From Octopus bimaculoides (Eukaryota), in assembly GCF_001194135.2 (NCBI RefSeq), contig NC_069009.1, forward strand, positions 744,336 through 808,335: a stretch of 64,000 bases of DNA, in the 5' to 3' direction. A program made the translations under genes and the position numbers. The number at the start of each line of letters is the position of its first letter. Within the stretch, counting starts at the first letter, position 1. Below the pieces are notes generated by a model. That model was given only the letters and a program-made list of their open reading frames with translations. It was not told the origin of the DNA and did not search any database. This document shows, in pieces, positions 61,263 through 64,000 of this stretch.

Positions 61263-63972
61263 ATANNNNNNNNNNNNNNNNNNNNNNNNNNNNNNNNNNN
61301 NNNNNNNNNNNNNNNNNNNNNNNNNNNNNNNNNNNNNNNNNNNNNNNNNNNNNNNNNNNNNNNNNNNNNNNNNNNNNNNNNNNNNNNNNNNNNNNNNNNN
61401 NNNNNNNNNNNNNNNNNNNNNNNNNNNNNNNNNNNNNNNNNNNNNNNNNNNNNNNNNNNNNNNNNNNNNNNNNNNNNNNNNNNNNNNNNNNNNNNNNNNN
61501 NNNNNNNNNNNNNNNNNNNNNNNNNNNNNNNNNNNNNNNNNNNNNNNNNNNNNNNNNNNNNNNNNNNNNNNNNNNNNNNNNNNNNNNNNNNNNNNNNNNN
61601 NNNNNNNNNNNNNNNNNNNNNNNNNNNNNNNNNNNNNNNNNNNNNNNNNNNNNNNNNNNNNNNNNNNNNNNNNNNNNNNNNNNNNNNNNNNNNNNNNNNN
61701 NNNNNNNNNNNNNNNNNNNNNNNNNNNNNNNNNNNNNNNNNNNNNNNNNNNNNNNNNNNCAGTTTCCTGGTATTAAATTGATATTAATTAATATCGAATT
61801 TTTACCCTATTATGTTAATTATATGTATATATATGTATGTGTTTGTGTGTCTGTTCAGGCGTAAAGTCCTTTCAGGCGTAAAGTCCTTTCAGGCGTAAAG
61901 TTATTCAGCCAACAACCTTGTACTTCATCGAAGCCTGGTTCTTTCCGTTAACAATGCCCTACGATTCCTAGATATTATTCAGTCGTCGCTGAGTATCCGA
62001 ATGCCATTATATAACTTGTTAAATTGTATTTCCTCTGTAACCGAGCAGCCGTTTTTAAGGAAGTTGAGTTTTCTTCTTTCCAAAGAGCAACAATTTCATC
62101 TTCTTTAGTCTCTTTCCTTAAACGAATCTTGGTGTTTGCACTTCGTAAAACCAATCACAGCGGCACATACCATAAATACACACTTCTTAAATTTCTTCCA
62201 GTAATTTTCACATTCCAGCAGTTCCAATTTTACCCCAAACCATGCTTTGATCTTAGCATGGTTTTGATGGAAAACAGCCTAACTCTTTGGAAGAGTAAAA
62301 CAAATGTCTTATGATCTACTTAGTAATTCTTATTCAAAAGGTAAGCGAATAACATGGCAAAAGAAAAGGAAGAAAATTAAATGAATAAATAACTATACAC
62401 AGATTCAGACACAAATATACATATGAACATGCAAACACTTATACATATAATATCAAACACCGAGGTTATATTCAAACATTCAGAGACAGAAAGTGGGTTA
62501 GAGGAAGACAAAGAGAAGGATAAGAAAGAAAGATAGGCAGACATTAAATATTTACGAATACATATGCAATGAAGGAAATACTATCATGGAAACAAATCCA
62601 ACTTACAATTGTTCTAAATTTGAAAGATGTTTGAGTGATTCTTTTTCAATATTCGAGATTTCATTATTGTCTAGTTGTCTGGAAGATAAAAAAATAGAAT
62701 TGGTATGAAATAATATATAGGAAATTAGACGTAAAATTTAAAATTAAATATGCCAAAGGGATTACATGCAGTAAGATAAGAAAAAGCGGTAGAAAAATCT
62801 AGATGAAGGAGATGATGATAATGATTAATGACGATCATGATGATAATGAGAATGAGTTATGATGAAGTTGATTAATGATGAAGATGATGATAATTATGAT
62901 GAGGAGGTTGATGATGTTGATTCTGTGTATATATATAGAGAAGGGCAATAGAGACTTAAGAAAGGAGGTTGGCAAGACATTAGATATTTAGAAATATAGT
63001 CAAGGTAGTAGTATCAGCAAGACTGATCCAACTTACAGAGACTCTAAGCTGAGAAGATTTCGGAATGATTCGTCTTCAATTTTCGTGATTTTATTATTGG
63101 ATAGATAGCTGAAAAATAAAAGAGAATTGATACGAAATAATATATAAGAGGATATAGATAATACAGGCACTCCCCATACACACACATGCACTTACAAAAC
63201 ATAGACACACATTGAGAGATACGCATGCGTAGACACATACAATAGGAATACATAATACAAAATGGCTGATAGTTAACCAGGTGGGACACACATAACAAAG
63301 AAGAAAGCAAAGGACCACTGATGAGGTCACAGAAGTGTGACGAAAGAACTCTGGCCGAAATATATATATATATANNNNNNNNNNNNNNNNNNNNNNNNNN
63401 NNNNNNNNNNNNNNNNNNNNNNNNNNNNNNNNNNNNNNNNNNNNNNNNNNNNNNNNNNNNNNNNNNNNNNNNNNNNNNNNNNNNNNNNNNNNNNNNNNNN
63501 NNNNNNNNNNNNNNNNNNNNNNNNNNNNNNNNNNNNNNNNNNNNNNNNNNNNNNNNNNNNNNNNNNNNNNNNNNNNNNNNNNNNNNNNNNNNNNNNNNNN
63601 NNNNNNNNNNNNNNNNNNNNNNNNNNNNNNNNNNNNNNNNNNNNNNNNNNNNNCAGACCGATAGAATAAGTACTAGGCATCCAAAGAATAAGTCCTGGGG
63701 TCGATTTGCTCGACTAAAGGCGGTGCTCCAGCATGGCCACAGTCAAATGACTGAAACAAGTAAAAGAGTAAAAGAGTAAATACTTACAAATATTCAACAG
63801 TGCCGGAGATATTTTGTGGAACAGATGACAAATCGAGATATTCACAACTTACACGTTGACTCTTACATTCACATAACTTGCAAACGTCAGAAACAGCGTG
63901 AGCCTCCAAAAACAGCCTCAGGTATAGTAGCAACACAAAAGTCAACATGACATGGAAATTTTGCCGGAACAT
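33485..63972 (-). CDS. Gene B: paralogous LRR + Ly6/uPAR-like + GAIN adhesion GPCR (22 visible coding exons, at least ~920 aa)
   Basis: Same exon order and phases as gene A. GPS CSCNHLTSFALLM and 7TM motifs intact. One GAIN exon, and probably some LRR exons, lie in gaps. Confidence 0.92.
34190..34566 (-). mobile_element. SINE family C
   Basis: Near full-length match. Confidence 0.88.
36203..36594 (-). CDS. Gene B TM5-TM7 exon (CWLSNAAFYAALLAP...LLGFPW...NTLQGMFIF)
   Basis: 392 nt, phase 2-1; ttttag/gtaagt. Confidence 0.95.
36661..37046 (+). mobile_element. Full-length SINE family A
   Basis: Head to (CAA)n tail. Confidence 0.92.
37384..37456 (-). CDS. Gene B TM4 exon (GIPAVIVTITLAINNTNNYNRVEHV)
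   Basis: 73 nt, phase 1-2. Confidence 0.92.
38411..38552 (-). CDS. Gene B TM3 exon (AMAALLHYSLLSSFMWMSVEALHIY...)
   Basis: 142 nt; 4 aa differences from gene A. Confidence 0.95.
38982..39105 (-). CDS. Gene B TM2 exon (NLWKLIASKILVNLCISL...AVCK)
   Basis: 124 nt, phase 2-0. Confidence 0.93.
40256..40374 (-). CDS. Gene B linker + TM1 exon (DAHQKGKKTNSRLLSIISNVGCGISFVCL...)
   Basis: 119 nt, an in-frame 12 nt shorter than in gene A. Confidence 0.93.
40736..41059 (-). mobile_element. Full-length SINE family B
   Basis: Head gtgaaggcgcgtggc, CORE-like body, shared tail. Confidence 0.9.
41320..41740 (-). mobile_element. SINE family C
   Basis: Full-length, with internal (CA)n. Confidence 0.88.
41863..42012 (-). 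CDS. Gene B GPS exon (PQCVYWD...WSSKGC...CSCNHLTSFALLM)
   Basis: 150 nt; canonical GPS with HL|T. Confidence 0.96.
42665..42793 (-). CDS. Gene B GAIN exon (LIQNSSSQAITKIGSRIIAANIP...LDEPVKISF)
   Basis: 129 nt, phase 0-0. Confidence 0.92.
42899..43206 (-). mobile_element. SINE family A, running into gap
   Basis: Tail and body match. Confidence 0.9.
44382..44528 (-). CDS. Gene B GAIN exon (IYNGSIPQAEDKMDYISLPKRL...DKLYR)
   Basis: 147 nt; 31/49 aa identical to gene A. Confidence 0.92.
45671..46280. repeat. Direct repeat (~180 bp x2) plus ~60-bp inverted copy
   Basis: 45671-45852 matches 46038-46219; 46220-46280 inverts 45772-45832. Confidence 0.85.
45842..45919 (-). pseudogene. tRNA-like remnant (Thr-UGU-like anticodon arm, ends GCCACCA)
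   Basis: A box tagcttaatcgg, B box gagttcgagtcc, anticodon stem CGTGA/TTACG; acceptor stem poorly paired. Confidence 0.4.
47383..47438. repeat. Inverted telomere-type repeat (TAACCC)4-TA-(GGGTTA)5
   Basis: Direct inspection. Confidence 0.9.
48119..48347 (-). CDS. Gene B GAIN helical exon (ENIEPVTTKLLNISQ...EAEKANRTVS), 3' end in a 10-N gap
   Basis: cattgcag acceptor; homologous to 11330-11558; 3' coordinate inferred from paralog length. Confidence 0.88.
48490..48575 (+). mobile_element. LINE 3'-UTR end (second R4-type family)
   Basis: Matches 54275-54345; ends in (AAT)n. Confidence 0.7.
49042..49222 (-). mobile_element. LINE 3'-UTR fragment (second R4-type family), inverted
   Basis: Reverse complement of the 54200-54345 type sequence; bounded by (ATT)n. 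Confidence 0.7.
49678..49838 (-). CDS. Candidate gene-B-specific exon (LYQSTEIFTIYRTVLITSDNKDHVLRNISNILNTSQALRDLGVQQSDMTLIDD)
   Basis: Open frame between strong ttctattttag and G|GTAAGT sites; phase 2-1 needs an unseen partner exon; no counterpart seen in gene A. Confidence 0.35.
49943..50174 (+). mobile_element. SINE family A, running into gap
   Basis: Head and body match. Confidence 0.9.
51102..51397. mobile_element. hAT-like MITE
   Basis: TIRs caggggtcttcaaa / tttgaaaacccctg; target duplication not preserved. Confidence 0.65.
51600..51950 (-). mobile_element. Mariner transposase remnant
   Basis: YELTEAQAAKRIEICR*...RIVTSGDKWVY...KIMISVWWNVEGILHFEL, with stops. Confidence 0.85.
52203..52386 (-). 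CDS. Gene B Ly6/uPAR-like exon 2 (LVCQYK...SCVACCSGNQCNKNDFM)
   Basis: 184 nt; 55/61 aa identical to gene A. Confidence 0.9.
52973..53064 (-). CDS. Gene B Ly6/uPAR-like exon 1 (YSLFQKNLQCQTCSGMMCNDSEVTNCTGAE)
   Basis: 92 nt; 25/30 aa identical to gene A. Confidence 0.9.
53175..53486 (-). mobile_element. SINE family C, with an internal short gap
   Basis: Head and tail match. Confidence 0.85.
53542..53711 (-). CDS. Gene B LRR-CT exon (NLIGNKNLKCGYHL...GKC...TQSK)
   Basis: 170 nt, phase 2-1; two of the four cap Cys retained. Confidence 0.87.
54012..54345 (+). mobile_element. 5'-truncated R4/Dong-type LINE 3' end
   Basis: IVALGMLAK...IQKIVLFGNAHILRKLLSK* plus 3' UTR, between two (AAT)n tracts. 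Confidence 0.8.
54769..54840 (-). CDS. Gene B last LRR exon (NLSRNQIQMIEDGAFLFLPNIKK)
   Basis: 72 nt; direct counterpart of 15874-15945. Confidence 0.92.
55440..55511 (-). CDS. Gene B LRR exon (DLSNNKMSSITQETFQNLYSLEDL)
   Basis: 72 nt, phase 2-2. Confidence 0.92.
56439..56690 (-). mobile_element. Penelope-like terminal fragment with internal inversion
   Basis: Hammerhead core, (aatgtaaat)n tail, inverted copy of its own end. Confidence 0.6.
56454..56499 (-). ncRNA. Minimal hammerhead motif in a Penelope-like repeat
   Basis: GACAC-CUGACGA-A-GGCUG/CAGCC-GAAAC-GUU-GUGUU; palindromic ACGU stem III. Confidence 0.65.
57010..57081 (-). CDS. Gene B LRR exon (DLSSNAISSLKQHTFKKLTGLKTL)
   Basis: 72 nt, phase 2-2. 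Confidence 0.92.
57593..57849 (-). mobile_element. Second copy of the Penelope-like fragment
   Basis: Matches 56439-56630 over the overlap. Confidence 0.6.
57671..57716 (-). ncRNA. Second copy of the same hammerhead motif
   Basis: Identical by eye to 56454-56499. Confidence 0.65.
59106..59177 (-). CDS. Gene B LRR exon (RLSDNKISKIEKESFVNLPKLKE)
   Basis: 72 nt, ttacag/gtaagc. Confidence 0.92.
60210..60281 (-). CDS. Gene B LRR exon (RLCNNSISKIEKETFVNLPELYE)
   Basis: 72 nt; close relative of 59106-59177. Confidence 0.92.
60996..61067 (-). CDS. Gene B LRR exon (YLQNNTISNIEHGTFQGLNSLQIL)
   Basis: 72 nt, ttgcag/gtaagt. Confidence 0.92.
62607..62678 (-). CDS. Gene B LRR exon (QLDNNEISNIEKESLKHLSNLEQL)
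   Basis: 72 nt, ttccag/gtaagt. Confidence 0.9.
63037..63108 (-). CDS. Gene B first LRR exon (YLSNNKITKIEDESFRNLLSLESL)
   Basis: 72 nt, tttcag/gtaagt. Confidence 0.92.
63655..63780 (+). mobile_element. SINE family C 3' end, adjacent to the gene B first-exon donor
   Basis: Tail (taaaagag)n ends a few nt from GTAAGT. Confidence 0.85.
63788..63972 (-). CDS. Gene B first coding exon: signal peptide + LRR-NT (MFRQNFHVMLTFVLLLY...CKLCEC...VSCEYLDLSSVP)
   Basis: Same ATG context (attaatctacgc..gaaaatATG) and acceptor position as gene A. Confidence 0.92.
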
Positions 63973-64000
63973 ATTTTCAAGCGTAGATTAATCTGTGAAA

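Overview
Eukaryotic, AT-rich, gapped draft sequence, dense in microsatellites and SINEs. The repeat content suggests an octopus genome (inference from recalled repeat families, not a database hit). The window holds two tandem, head-to-tail, minus-strand paralogous multi-exon genes: gene A (CDS 27023->2409) and gene B (CDS 63972->33485). I rebuilt both by hand from GT-AG splice sites and phase continuity. Each encodes an adhesion-class GPCR with the order signal peptide, LRR-NT, array of single-repeat LRR exons (14 visible in A, 8 in B), LRR-CT, 12-cysteine Ly6/uPAR-like (three-finger) domain, GAIN with GPS (HL|T), family-2 7TM and a short tail. A three-finger module inside an adhesion-GPCR ectodomain is the most unusual feature. 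No visible exon has a stop or frameshift, but N-gaps hide some exons. Introns carry tRNA-derived SINEs (three main families plus a minor one), R4/Dong-type LINE 3' ends in (TAA)n tracts, mariner remnants, hAT MITEs and several minimal hammerhead-ribozyme motifs of the Penelope type. Most ORFs in the supplied track are SINE-, microsatellite- or gap-derived artefacts. All identities were counted by eye.
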